From assembly GCF_032444005.1 (NCBI RefSeq), contig NC_091283.1:641700001-641764000 (forward strand): a stretch of DNA of 64,000 bases, read 5' to 3'. This document shows positions 27,108 through 39,159 of this stretch, piece by piece. This stretch comes from Ranitomeya imitator (taxonomy: Eukaryota). Below the pieces are notes generated by a model that was given only the letters and a program-made list of their open reading frames with translations, made no database searches and was not told the origin of the DNA. Made by a program: the position numbers and the translations under genes. Within the stretch, counting starts at the first letter, position 1. The number at the start of each line of letters is the position of its first letter.

Positions 27108-28144
27108 CTAGATGGTGGCCCGATTCTAACGCATCGGGTATTCTAGAATATGCATGTCCACGTAGTATATTGCCCAGCCACGTAGTATATTGCCCAACCA
27201 CGTAGTATATTGCCCAGCCACGTAGTATATTGCCCAGCCACGTAGTATATTGCCCAGCCCACGTAGTATATTGCCCAGCCACGTAGTATATTGCACAGCC
27301 CACGTAGTATATTGCACAGCCCACGTAGTATATTGCCCAGTCACGTAGTATATTGCACAGCGACGGAGTATATTGTCCAGCCACGTAGTATATTGCCCAG
27401 TCACGTAGTATATTGCCCAGTCACGTAGTATATTGCCCAGCTATGTAGTATATTGCACAGCGACGGAGTATACAGCACAGAGTCACGTAGTATAGAGACT
27501 TAAAAAAGAACAAAAACATATACTCACCTTCCGAAGGCCCGTTGAAGTCCTGCTATACTCACCATCCGCCGCCTTTCCCGCTCCTCGGGACGCTCCCGGG
27601 ATTGCTCCATTGCAAGCGGCAGCTTCCGGTCCCAGGGCTGGTATGAGCAGGACCTGTGATGACGTCGCGGTCACATGACCGTGACGTCACGGCAGGTCCT
27701 TGTCGCACACCAGCCCTGGGACCGGAAGCTGCCGCTTGCAATGGAACGGTCCCGGGAGCATCCCGAGGAGCGGGAAAGGCGGCGGATGGTGAGTATAGCA
27801 GGTTTTTTGTTTTATTATTTTTAACATGACATATTTTTACTATTGATGCTGCATAGGCAGCATCAATAGTAAATAGTTGAGGACACACAGAGTTAATAGC
27901 GGCGGTAACGGAGTGCGTTACACCGCGGGCCGTTACCTTAACCCTGTGTGAGCGGTGAGTGGAGGGGATTATGGAGCGGGCGCCGGGCAGTGAGTGTAGG
28001 GGAGGGACTAATTGGACTGTGGCCGTCGCTGATTGGTCCCGGCAGCCATGACAGGCAGCTGCCGAGACCAATCAGCGAATGAATAACCGTGACAGAAGGA
28101 CAGACAGACAGACTGAAGTGACCCTTAGACAATTATATAGTAGA
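27108..28144 (-). mobile_element. Non-autonomous Helitron with 20-21 bp minisatellite
   Basis: a|CTAG plus hairpin cccgattctaacgcatcggg; array cacgtagtatattgcccagc at about 27170-27490; tatatagtaGA|t end. Confidence 0.85.
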
Positions 28145-28183
28145 TCCTGGGCTTTGACACGTAAATTCATCAACACCTTTATA

Positions 28184-29835
28184 CAGTTAGGGCCAGAAAT
28201 ATTTGGACAGTGACACAAGTTTTGTTATTTTAGCTGTTTACAAAAACATGTTCAGAAATACAATTATATATATAATATGGGCTGAAAGTGCACACTCCCA
28301 GCTGCAATATGATTGTTTCCACATCCAAATCGGAGAAAGGGTTTAGGAATCATAGCTCTGTAATGCATAGCGTCCTCTTTTTCAAGGGACCAAAAGTAAT
28401 TGGACAATGGACTCTAAGGGCTGCAATTAACTCTGAAGGCGTCTCCCTCGTTAACCTGTAATCAATGAAGTAGTTAAAAGGTCAGGGGTGGATTCCAGGT
28501 GTGTGGTTTTGCATTTGGAAGCTGTTGCTGTGAGCAGACAACATGCGGTCAAAGGAACTCTCAATTGAGGTGAAGCAGAACATCCTGAGGCTGAAAAAAA
28601 AGAAAAAATCCATCAGAGAGATAGCAGACATGCTTGGAGTAGCAAAATCAACAGTTGGGTACATTCTGAGAAAAAAGGAATTGACTGGTGAGCTTGGGAA
28701 CTCAAAAAGGCCTAGGCGTCCACGGATGACAACAGTGGTGGATGATCGCCGCATACTTAATTTGGTGAAGAAGAACCCGTTCACAACATCAACTGAAGTC
28801 CAGAACACTCTCAGTGAAGTAGGTGTATCTGTCTCTAAGTCAACAGTAAAGAGAAGACTCCATGACAGTAAATACAAAGGGTTCACATCTAGATGCAAAC
28901 CATTCATCAATACCAAAAATAGACAGGCCAGAGTTAAATTTGCAGAAAAACACCTCAAGAAGCCAGGTCAGTTCTGGAAAAGTATTCTATGGACAGATGA
29001 GACAAAGATCAACCTGTACCAGAATGATGGGAAGAAAAAAGTTTGGAGAAGAAAGGGAACGGAACATGATCCAAGGCACACCACATCCTCTGTAAAACAT
29101 GGTGGAGGCAACGTGATGGCATGGGCATGCATGGCTTTCAATGGCACTGGGTCACTTGTGTTTATTGATGACATAAGAGCAGACAAGAGTAGCCGGATGA
29201 ATTCTGAAGGGTACCGGGATATACTTTCAGCCCAGATTCAGCCAAATGCTGCAAAGTTGATTGGATGGCGCTTCATAGTACAGATGGACAATGACCCCAA
29301 GCATACATCCAAAGCTACCCAGGAGTTCATGAGTGCCAAAAAGTGGAACATTCTGCAATGGCCAAGTCAATCTCCAGATCTAAACCCAATTGAGCATGCA
29401 TTTCACTTGCTCAAATCCAGACTTAAGACGGAAAGACCCACAAACAAGCAAGACCTGAAGGCTGCGGCTGTAAAGGCCTGGCAAAGCATTAAGAAGGAGG
29501 AAACCCAGCGTTTGGTGATGTCCATGGGTTCCAGACTTAAGGCAGTGATTGCCTCCAAAGGATTTGCAACAAAATATTGAAAATAAAAATATTTTGTTTG
29601 GGTTATGTTTATTTGTCCAATTACTTTCGACCTCCTAAAATGTGGAGTGTTTGTAAAGAAATGTGTACAATTCCTACATTTTCTATCAGATATTTTTGTT
29701 CAACCCTTCAAATTAAACGTTACAATCTGCACTTGAATTCTGTTGTAGAGGTTTCATTTCAAATCCAATGTGGTGGCATGCAGAGCCCAACTCGCGAAAA
29801 TTGTGTCACTGTCCAAATATTTCTGGCCCTAACTG
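28184..29835 (+). mobile_element. Full-length Tc1 element
   Basis: TA TSD; 35-bp perfect TIR CAGTTAGGGCCAGAAATATTTGGACAGTGACACAA. Confidence 0.96.
28543..29580 (+). CDS. Intact Tc1 DD34E transposase (345 aa)
   Basis: Uninterrupted ORF with HTH region, WTDETK, MDNDPKH and LNPIEH; 34 residues between second D and E. Confidence 0.95.
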   Translation: MRSKELSIEVKQNILRLKKKKKSIREIADMLGVAKSTVGYILRKKELTGELGNSKRPRRPRMTTVVDDRRILNLVKKNPFTTSTEVQNTLSEVGVSVSKSTVKRRLHDSKYKGFTSRCKPFINTKNRQARVKFAEKHLKKPGQFWKSILWTDETKINLYQNDGKKKVWRRKGTEHDPRHTTSSVKHGGGNVMAWACMAFNGTGSLVFIDDIRADKSSRMNSEGYRDILSAQIQPNAAKLIGWRFIVQMDNDPKHTSKATQEFMSAKKWNILQWPSQSPDLNPIEHAFHLLKSRLKTERPTNKQDLKAAAVKAWQSIKKEETQRLVMSMGSRLKAVIASKGFATKY

Positions 29836-30437
29836 TATCTTCTGTTGTTGTATTCCTAAGAATCTAGTAAAAACTAATTTCCTTATGCTTTGTGTTTGAA
29901 CTCAAATGAAATTGTGGTACGCTCAATGCAAGCGTATTTGAGCAAGACTCAAAACAATCTATTCGGATTCTGGCTGGGAGTATGCACATTGCATACTTGC
30001 AGTCATGTAACCATCGTTACCGGCACAGACACTGGGGAATCCAAACAGCAAGCAGTATGTACGCTGTGTGGATTCACGAGTCTGCAGTTACATGGAGTTC
30101 CTGCAAAATTATCATTTTAGACCGGACAACCCCTTTACGTGCTCCGAGTGTGAAAGTGAACTTTCCAAGTCCCTGCCTCCTGCGGTGACTGATTCTTCTT
30201 ACACTGTCTTTCATGCATTTGTAAGGACTTCAAGGTCAAGCTTGTAAAAATGTGTAATTTGTTTTTACGTACAGTTGGAATGGCAGGAGATGGCACCCTA
30301 ATTTACAGTCACACCACCCCACAAAAGAAAATGGGTGTATTGAGAGAGGGCCCTATAAAGATATGGAGGAATAAGCCCCGCCTGAGATGTCTCCACGACC
30401 AACCCTGGCTCGGGCTCAGCTTGGACGCCTACTACCC

Positions 30438-30600
30438 TGGATGCTTAGGCTTGCCCAGGATTGCCCAGGATGCTTTGGCCTGCGCCGGATGCTTAGGCTT
30501 GCTCCAGAAGCTTAGGTTTGCCCCGGACGCTTAGGCCTGCCCCACATGCTTAGACCTGCACCGGACGCTTATGTTTGCCCTGGACGCTTAGGCCTGCTCG
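30438..30600. repeat. 20-bp minisatellite
   Basis: ggacgcttaggcctgccc-type units. Confidence 0.8.
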
Positions 30601-30622
30601 GCACTGCTTTCATCAGTTTTAC

Positions 30623-32120
30623 CAGACCTCTCAACGGTCCCGGATCCAGCGGGACAGTCCTTATTTTGAGACTTTTTCCCTCTGTCCCGGCCGGGATCTT
30701 TTCCCGCACTGTACTAGTGAGAAGCAGCGGACACGCCCCCTCTTTTATCAGGACACGCCCTCTCTGTCTCCCCCTCTTTTTGTCGTTCAGAGAGAGCTCA
30801 GCTCATCGTCCAGCTTACTTACTTCTGGACTGAGGTAATTTCTGCAGGCAAAGCAAGAAGAACAGTGACCTCCAGAATCAGCAGTTCCTGTGTGCTCTCT
30901 GAGTCACAGTGTACATGCATATCATGACAGTCAGTCACAGCAGTGAAGAAGCAGGAACACACGAGGACTTAGACAGCAGCCAGAATGGAGCATACAGGAC
31001 CATGACGAGAAGACACAATTGTCTCCTCTTTTCAGGCAGAGTACAGTGTGGATGTAGCAGAGCCGTATGTGTACGGGGTGTACGGAGCGGAGCCACGTGT
31101 GTACGGGGTGTACGGAGTGGAGCCACATGTGTATGGAGCAGAGCCTTGTGTGTACGAGGTGTATGGAGCAGAGTTGCGTGTGTATGGAGCAGAGCCATGT
31201 GTGTACGAGGTGTACAGAGTGGAGCCGCGTGTAGGAGGAGTACGGAGCAGACTGTATATAACTGAAGTACTGGGTGTATGCTGCGCACAGAGCGGTGACG
31301 TGATGCTTCTGGTATATAGTCGGCAGTGCAGATACTTGCTGAGTGTGAGGAGCAGGTTCCCAGTAAGGGCTCATTTCCACTTGCGAGACATACGTCTGTG
31401 TCTCGCAGGTTAAAACCCTCTTCTGGCGCCGGCACTTGGGAGACGGACGTATGCCTCGCAAGTGTAAATGAGCCCTAATAGTAAAACTACTAAGGGAGTA
31501 GTAGTTTTATCATGCATCACTGAGGGGGAATGGGGGGCATGTACAAAAAAACAGTACGGGGGAATTGGGGGCATGTATGAGGAAACAGTATGGGGGGATG
31601 GGTGCAGACAGTATGGGGAGCGAACGGGGGAATATATGTGGACACAGTATGTGAGTAGAGATGTGAAAAATGTATGTGGACAGAGTATGGGGAGTGAGAC
31701 TAATGGGATGTGTGCAGACACAGTGCTGGTAGTCTGGTATGTGTGAGCAGGCAGTATAGAAAGTTAGGGGGTAAATATATGAGGAGACAGTATGGTGAAC
31801 AGGGAGGGATGTGAGAGAAGAGAGTATGAGGAGGGAGGGGAATAGTGTGAGGAGACCGTATGGGGGGAGAAAAGTGAGTGGGCACAGAATAGAGACAGAG
31901 TAGTGGGGGCGTAACATGTGCTTTAATTCATTACTTGCAAATAAATTTATTTTTTTTGTTTATAATTATTGTGTATGAAAATGTGATCAGCAGTGCTAAA
32001 TGTGTGGTTGGGGCGTGGATAGGGGTGTGACTAGTTATGAAATGGGTGTGTTCAGGGACGTGGCCTCAAATTCGCCACAACCTTTGTCGCTCTTCCCTTC
32101 TTAAAAAGTTGGGAGGTATG
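30623..32120. mobile_element. hAT-like non-autonomous element with internal tandem repeats
   Basis: Degenerate TIR cagacctctcaac / gttgggaggtatg; no clean 8-bp TSD. Confidence 0.55.
31367..31475. mobile_element. 109-bp Harbinger-like mini-MITE
   Basis: TAA|GGGCTCATTTCCACTTGCGAG ... CTCGCAAGTGTAAATGAGCCC|TAA. Confidence 0.88.
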
Positions 32121-32172
32121 GTTACCAAGTGCTTGGTGTGTCTCCATTTGGTATGAAAGAAAGAAATCATAA

Positions 32173-32580
32173 GGCTACTTTCACACTAGTCCGTCGGTAC
32201 GGGCTGTCGCAAACCGTCGGCCTGACGTACCGACGGACAGTGTGATTGATTAGCACAACGTTGGCAGCGGATGCAGTTTTACAACGCATCCGCTGCCCCA
32301 TTGTAATGTCCGGGGAGGAGGGGGCGGAGTTCCAGCTGCGCATGCGAGGACGGAAATGGTGGACTCGACGCACAAGAAAAGTTACATGCAACTTTTTTTG
32401 GGCCAAAAGACGACTCATCCGTCGCATGACGGATGCGTCGTGTGGCCATACGTCGCAATGCATCGGTAATACAAGTGTATGGAGAAAAAACGCATCCTGC
32501 AGGCAACTTTGCAGGATGCGTTTTTTCACCAAAACGACGCATTGCGACGTCCGTCACACGACGCTAGTGTGAAAGTAGCC
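32173..32580. mobile_element. Harbinger-like MITE
   Basis: TAA|GGCTACTTTCACACTAG ... CTAGTGTGAAAGTAGCC|TAA. Confidence 0.92.
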
Positions 32581-32819
32581 TAACCGAGGAGTCTTGACCA
32601 GTAATTGCTGGTGTGAAGATTCCATGACCTACGAATTTCCCGCTGGTGACTATAACCCACTGGGGGAGCTTTCTCTGCATGGAGTGACAGATATGCTGGT
32701 CACTTCCCCTTAATAATAAATGCAGCTTATTTTTTATGAAGGAAACAATAACAGAGCACATTGGGCTCTAAAGAGATGAGCGTATTTCGGGAACCCCCTT
32801 TCCTTGACAATAGATTGAA

Positions 32820-33060
32820 ACCACAACAAAATGGCGCTGCACATCGCACAGTTTTCGTAAAGTCTTCCTCCTAGGGGTATTATTGTGCGCATGCGCGTTG
32901 ATATGGAAGCAGGACGTCGCCGCCGCCATATTACTTTTGGTAAAAGTAAGTGGCACGGGCCCAGGATTTACATACAGCGAGTCACGTGATGTCCAACACT
33001 CAGCGGTGAGCGCTCGGCATGAAGTAAGTCATATTGGCGAGTAGGTGGCCGCTGTGCGCT
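32820..33060 (+). promoter_or_regulatory. Putative CpG-rich promoter / non-coding first exon of the downstream ZNF gene
   Basis: YY1-like AAAATGGCG (32828) and GCCGCCATATT (32922), NRF1 TGCGCATGCGC (32886), E-box GTCACGTGA (32981), GTAAGT donors at about 32946 and 33024; non-repeat CpG-rich sequence. Confidence 0.6.
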
Positions 33061-33351
33061 TGTGCGCGGAGCCGGGTGAAGCCTTCCTCACATCCTGGGT
33101 CCTAGCGTCCTCTCCCCGGCCGCTGCAGGAGTGTGGTATGGAAGCACACATGTGCTGGCAGTGTGAACGGTCACTTATACAGGACGCCTATGTCTCTGCC
33201 CTGCATGCTGGATGTGTCTGCTGCTCCCCTGTATACAGTGCTGTATGTAGGACTGCGCCCCCCTCCCGTGTGCAGGGCTGTGGTCCCCATATAAAGGACT
33301 GCAAACTGTATCCCCATGTATTTCCTGCACTCCGTCTAATATACACACACG

Positions 33352-35640
33352 ACTGTTTCCCTATTACATCTTCTGCCCCCCCCTGTATGCAGGACTGTGC
33401 ACTATATCCCTATACATCTTCTGCCCCCTCCCCCCTGTATGCAGGACTGTACACTATAACCCTATGCATCTTCTGCCCCCCCCCCCCCGTATGCAGGACT
33501 GTGCACTATGTCCCTATGCATCTTCCGCCCCCCCCCCCCCCTTATGCAGGACTGTGCACTATGTCCCTATGCATCTTCCGCCCCCCCCCCCTTATGCAGG
33601 ACTGTGCACTATATCCCTATGCATCTTCCGCCCCCCCCCTCCCCCTTATGCGGGACTGTACACTATATCCCTATGCATCTTCCGCCCCCCCCCTTATGCA
33701 GGACTGTGCACTATGTCCCTATGCATCTTCCGCCCCCCCCCCCCTGTATGCAGGACTGTACACTATAACCCTATGCATCTTCTGCCCCCCCCCCCCCCGT
33801 ATGCAGGACTGTGCACTATGTCCCTATGCATCTTCCGCCCCCCCCCCCCTTATGCAGGACTGTGCACTATGTCCCTATGCATCTTCCGCCCCCCCCCCCT
33901 TATGCAGGACTGTGCACTATATCCCTATGCATCTTCCGCCCCCCCCCTCCCTCTTATGCGGGACTGTACACTATATCCCTATGCATCTTCCGCCCCCCCC
34001 CTTATGCAGGACTGTGCACTATGTCCCTATGCATCTTCCGCCCCCCCCCCCCCTTATGCAGGACTGTGCACTATATCCCTATGCATCTTCCGCCCCCCCC
34101 CTCCCCCTTATGCGGGACTGTACACTATATCCCTATGCATCTTCCGCCCCCCCCCTTATGCAGGACTGTGCACTATGTCCCTATGCATCTTCCGCCCCCC
34201 CCCCCCTTATGCAGGACTGTACACTATATCCCTATGCATCTTCCGCCCCCCCCCCTTATGCGGGACTGTACACTATATCCCTATGCATCTTCCGCCCCCC
34301 CCCCCCTTATGCAGGACTGTACACTATAACCCTATGCATCTTCTGCCCCCCCCCCCCCGTATGCAGGACTGTGCACTATGTCCCTATGCATCTTCCGCCC
34401 CCCCCCCCCTTATGCAGGACTGTGCACTATGTCCCTATGCATCTTCCGCCCCCCCCCCCCCCTTATGCAGGACTGTGCACTATGTCCCTATGCATCTTCC
34501 GCCCCCCCCCCTTATGCAGGACTGTGCACTATGTCCCTATGCATCTTCCGCCCCCCCCCCCCCTTATGCAGGACTGTACACTATATCCCTATGCATCTTC
34601 TGCCCCCCCCCCCCCCCCCCGTATGCAGAACTGTACACTATAACCCTACGCATCTTCTGCCACCTTGTATACAGGACTGTGCACTATATCCCTACGCATC
34701 TACTGCCCCCCCCCCCTTGTATGAATAGCTGTGCACTATATCCCTATGCACCTACTGCCCCCCTGTATGCAGGACTGTACACTATAACCCTATGCATCTT
34801 CTGCCCCCCCCCCCCGTATGCAGAACTGTACACTATAACCCTACGCATCTTCTGCCACCTTGTATACAGGACTGTGCACTATATCCCTACGCATCTACTG
34901 CCCCCCCCCCCTTGTATGAATAGCTGTGCACTATATCCCTATGCACCTACTGCCCCCCTGTATGCAGGACTGTACACTATAACCCTATGCATCTTCTGCC
35001 CCCCCCCCCCCCCCCACGTATGCAGGACTGTACACCATATCCCTATGCATCTTCTGCCCCCCTGTATGCAGGACTGTGCACTTTATCCCTATGCATCTTC
35101 TGCTCCCCTTTATGCAGGACTGTACACTATATCCCTATGCATCTTCTGCCCCCCCCCACGTATGCAGGACTGTACACCATATCCCTATGCATCTTCTGCC
35201 CCCCCCCACGTATGCAGGACTGTACACCATATCCCTATGCATCTTCTGCCCCCCTGTATGCAGGACTGTGCACTATATCCCTATGCATCTTCTGCCCCCC
35301 TGTATGCAGGACTGTACACTATATCCCTATGCATCTTTGTCCCCCCCCCTGTATGCAGGACTGTACACCATACCCCTCTGCATCTTCTGCCCCCCTGTAT
35401 GCAGGCCTGTGCACTTTATCCCTATGCATCTTCTGCTCCTCTTTATGCAGGCCTGTGCACTTTATCCCTATGCATCTTCTGCTCAACTTTATGCAGGACT
35501 GTGCACTTTATCCCTATGCATCTTCTGCTCCCCTTTATGCAGGACTGTATCCCAGTATGAATCTTTTGCTCCCCTATATGCAGGACCATACACTATATCC
35601 CTATGAGTCTTCCGATCCCCTATATGCAGAACTGTACACT
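33352..35640. repeat. 2.3-kb minisatellite, about 48-52 bp unit with poly-C tract
   Basis: ccctatgcatcttccg(c)n ttatgcaggactgtgcactatgt tandem. Confidence 0.96.
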
Positions 35641-35869
35641 ATATCCCGGTATCACACAAAAATAAATCCCATACTATGGTAAACATGACCCAATAAATGA
35701 TAAATCAAATATATGAAAAGTGTAATATATTTAAGTATATGAGGTAATGTGTAGCGCATCACAAACTAATTATACAGAATTTTATTAACACATATATTAC
35801 AAAAATTAACAATAAAGTGCATAAAAACAATTAAAAAAAAAGGCAGGTGGGCCTATTTGCTCAGTGATA

Positions 35870-36245
35870 AGCCAGTAACATTTTGACACCACAGCCGGAC
35901 AGGAAACACTGTTGATATTGGCAGTAACAGGAATGTATATGAACAACATACAAAAATAACAGCAGGGAACGAATCCTAGTCCCAACAGTTGGAGAGCATT
36001 ACTAACCAAAAGCTAAAGTGCATAGTACTTGTACTCTCCATGTAAACATGTGCTGTCAGAAGAACATAACACATAAAGTAATACTGCGAGACCTAAATCA
36101 TGATTTACCTGTGCTACAGCAACTGTGCCACTTCCCCTACGCGCGTTTCCCTGCTATTTCTTATATGTTGTTCATATACATTCCTGTTACTGCCAATATC
36201 AACGGTGTTTCCTGTCCGGCTGTGGTGCCACATATGCTACTGGCT
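35870..36245. repeat. About 100-bp inverted repeat (fold-back)
   Basis: 35870-35970 is the reverse complement of 36146-36245, roughly 90% identical by eye. Confidence 0.85.
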
Positions 36246-36500
36246 CATTACTGTTACTGTTGATATTGGCAGTAACAATAAGTTTATATAATTTATACAA
36301 TGTGATTTTATTTTTGATATTCTATATCTCAATGTTAAAATTAACCTAACCTACTCTTAAAATTATAGACTGTTCATGTCTTTGTCAGTGGGCAAACCTA
36401 CAAAATCAGCAAGGGATGAAATACTTATTTCCTACACTGTGTGCTTTCATGATTTAGCTGAGCTGTGTGTGTATGTAGCAGAGTTGTATGTGTATATATA

Positions 36501-38066
36501 AACTGCTAAAAAATAAAGGGAACACTAAAATCCCACATCCTAGATATCACTGAATGAAATATTCCAGTTGTAAATCTTTATTCATTACATAGTGGAATGT
36601 GTTGAGAACAATAAAACCTAAAAATGATCAATGTTAATGACAACTAGTATCCCACGGAGGTCTGGAGTTGGAATGATGCTCAAAATCAAAGTGGGAAATG
36701 AAGTTACAGGCTGATCTAACCAGTGGAAATGCCTCAAGACAAGGAAATGATGCTCAGTATTCTGTGTGGCTTCCACGTGCCTGTATGATCTCCCTACTTC
36801 GCCTGGGCATACTCCTGATGAGGCTGCGGATGGTCTCCTGAGGGATCTCCTCCCAGACCTGGACTAAAGCATCCACCAACTCCTGGAGAGTCTGTGGTGC
36901 AACGTGACATTGGTGGATGGTGCGAGACATGATTTCCCAGATGTGTTCAATCAGATTCAGGTCTGGGGAATGGGCGGGCCAGTCCATAGCTTTAATGCCT
37001 TCATCTTGCAGAACCTGCTGACACATTCCAGCCACATGAGGTCTGGCACTGTCCTACATTAGGAGGAACCCAGGGCCAACCGCACCAGCATATGGTCTCA
37101 CAAGGGTCTCAGGATCTCATCTCGGTACCTAATGGCAGTCAGGCTACCTCTGGCGCACACATGGAGGGCTGTGCGTCCCTCCAAAGAAATGTCACCCCAA
37201 ACCATTACTGACCCACTGCCAAATCGGTCATGCTGAAGGATGTTGCAGACAGCAGATGGCTCTCCATGGCATCTCCAGACTGTGTCACGTCTGTCACATG
37301 TTCTCAGTGTGAACCTGCTTTCATCTGTGAAGAGTACAGGGCACCAGTGGCGAATTTGCCAATCCTGGTGTTCTGTGTCAAATTCCAAGCGTCCTGCACA
37401 GTGTTGGGCTGTGAGCACAACCCCCATCTGTGGACGTCGGGCACTCACCATCCTCATGGAGTCTGTTTCTAACCATTTGTGCAGATACATGCACAGTTGT
37501 TGCCTGCTAGAGGTCATTTTGCAGGGCTCTGGCAGTGCTCCTTCTGTTCCTCCTTGCACAAAGGCTGAGATAGCAGTCCTGCTGGGTTGTTGCCCTCCTA
37601 CGGCCCCCTCCACGTCTCCTGGTTTACTGGCCTGTCTCCTGGTATCGCCTCCAGCCTCTGGACACTATGCTGACAGACACAGCAAACCTTCTTGCCACAG
37701 CTCGCATTGATGTGCCATCCTGGATGAGCTGTACTTCCTGAGCCACTTGTGTGGGTTGTAGAGTCCATCTCATGCTACCACGAGTGTGAAAGCACAACCA
37801 ACATTCAAAAGTGACCAAAATATCAGCCAGAAAGCATTGGTACTGTGATGTGGTCTGTGATCCCCACCTGCAGAACCGCTCCTTTGAGTGTGTCTTGATA
37901 ATTGCCAATAATTTCCATCTGTTGTCTATTCCTTTCCACAACAGCATGTGAAATTGATTGTCAAACAGTGTTGCTTCCTAAGTGGACAGTTTGATTTCAC
38001 AGAAGTTTGATTTACTTGGAGTTATCTTCTGTTGTTTAAGTCTTCCCTTTATTTTTTTGAGCAGTG
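36501..38066 (-). mobile_element. Degenerate full-length Tc1 element (DD34E)
   Basis: TIR actgctaaaaaataaagggaacac / tcttccctttatttttttgagcagtg|TA; fragments FTDESRF and WPAHSPDLNLIEHIW. Confidence 0.9.
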
Positions 38067-38626
38067 TATATATACAGTAGTGCCGAGTGTGCATGTACAG
38101 TACATTCAGTAGTGTTGTGTAGTAAATGTTAATTATTAGGAAATGTTTTTCCTATTTTCTGCTATGTAAACCTGGGGTGTGACTTATACTCCAAAATTTA
38201 TGGTATTTGTTATGAAAGCTGGAGTCCAATTCTTTTGCCTATTACTCCTACTACACAGCCCTGGTCTTTTCTGTCTCCCTATATGCAGGAGGTCTTCCCT
38301 GCTCTATAAGCAGGCAACAATTACCACCCCTCTATATGCAGGACATCTGAAGTGTCCCCCTATATACAGGACATGTTGGATGCCTTTTACTGCTCCCTTT
38401 GCCAAAGAACTTACATCCTCAAAGCACGGAATATAGCGATATGATACTGCTACTACTGCATGAAAATGTGCAAATATTGCTATTTATTAATGTGTCCGAT
38501 ATATGATAATTGGCTAGAGGGCAGTAGTTACAAAGTAGCCCCCATTCTGTTTGTGATCCTAAAATTCATACCACCTTCTTCCATTTCATTAAAGGATCTC
38601 CCTGGTCAGTCCTTTTGCACAATACA

Positions 38627-38734
38627 ATGGTACTTTTTCTGACTGATTCACCTAGAATGGACATAGACGGAAAAGAAATAGCTGAGAGGATCTTAAACCT
38701 CACCCTGGAAATCATCTACCTGCTGACTGGAGAG
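38627..38734 (+). CDS. First coding exon of a FAX/KRAB-associated amphibian ZNF gene (MVLFLTDSPRMDIDGKEIAERILNLTLEIIYLLTGE)
   Basis: ILNLTLEIIYLLTGE motif typical of frog ZNF N-termini; donor GAG|gtgagg, phase 0; in-frame ATGs at 38627 and 38657; probable acceptor at about 38595. Confidence 0.88.
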
Positions 38735-39159
38735 GTGAGGTATCCTTGAACATGACCTTGACTGTCATTTTCTGGCTACAATAGTTGGGCCTATGTCAGT
38801 TGTAATGACTGTGCTATAGTTAAAGCAGTGGCATCATGTCAACCCATCGATAAATATGAATGTATGGCGTGTATTTGTGGGTGGGATTTTGGATTTTCAT
38901 TTTACTGTGTATGAATTTTGGCTTTCTTAAGGTAGAAACAAGATGAACATATACCCTGCTATAAGAAGGTAAAAAGCAGTAGTGCATGGGAGTAACATTG
39001 GGTACTTGGTAAACACTGTTTTTGATCAAAAGAGTGTAAAAGCCATCCCACCAGATCCAAGGTGTACCCATTTGAGACAGTCCTAACCTCTAGCATTAAA
39101 ACCTTACTTACCATGTGGCCTCATACACATTCCATGTATACCACCTTAAACTACAGTTC

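Noticed and set aside
29920-29975. Hairpin ttgag-caaga-ctcaa followed by aaac as a hammerhead
   Set aside because: No CUGANGA-like core upstream; it lies in a probable T2-MITE remnant.
33045-35682. Long Pro/Cys-rich ORFs (532 and 698 aa)
   Set aside because: They are translations of a stop-poor minisatellite in all frames, with no domain or splice support.
39115-39159. MASYTFHV... start of the CR1 ORF
   Set aside because: Fortuitous open flank; CR1 homology starts at about 39160.
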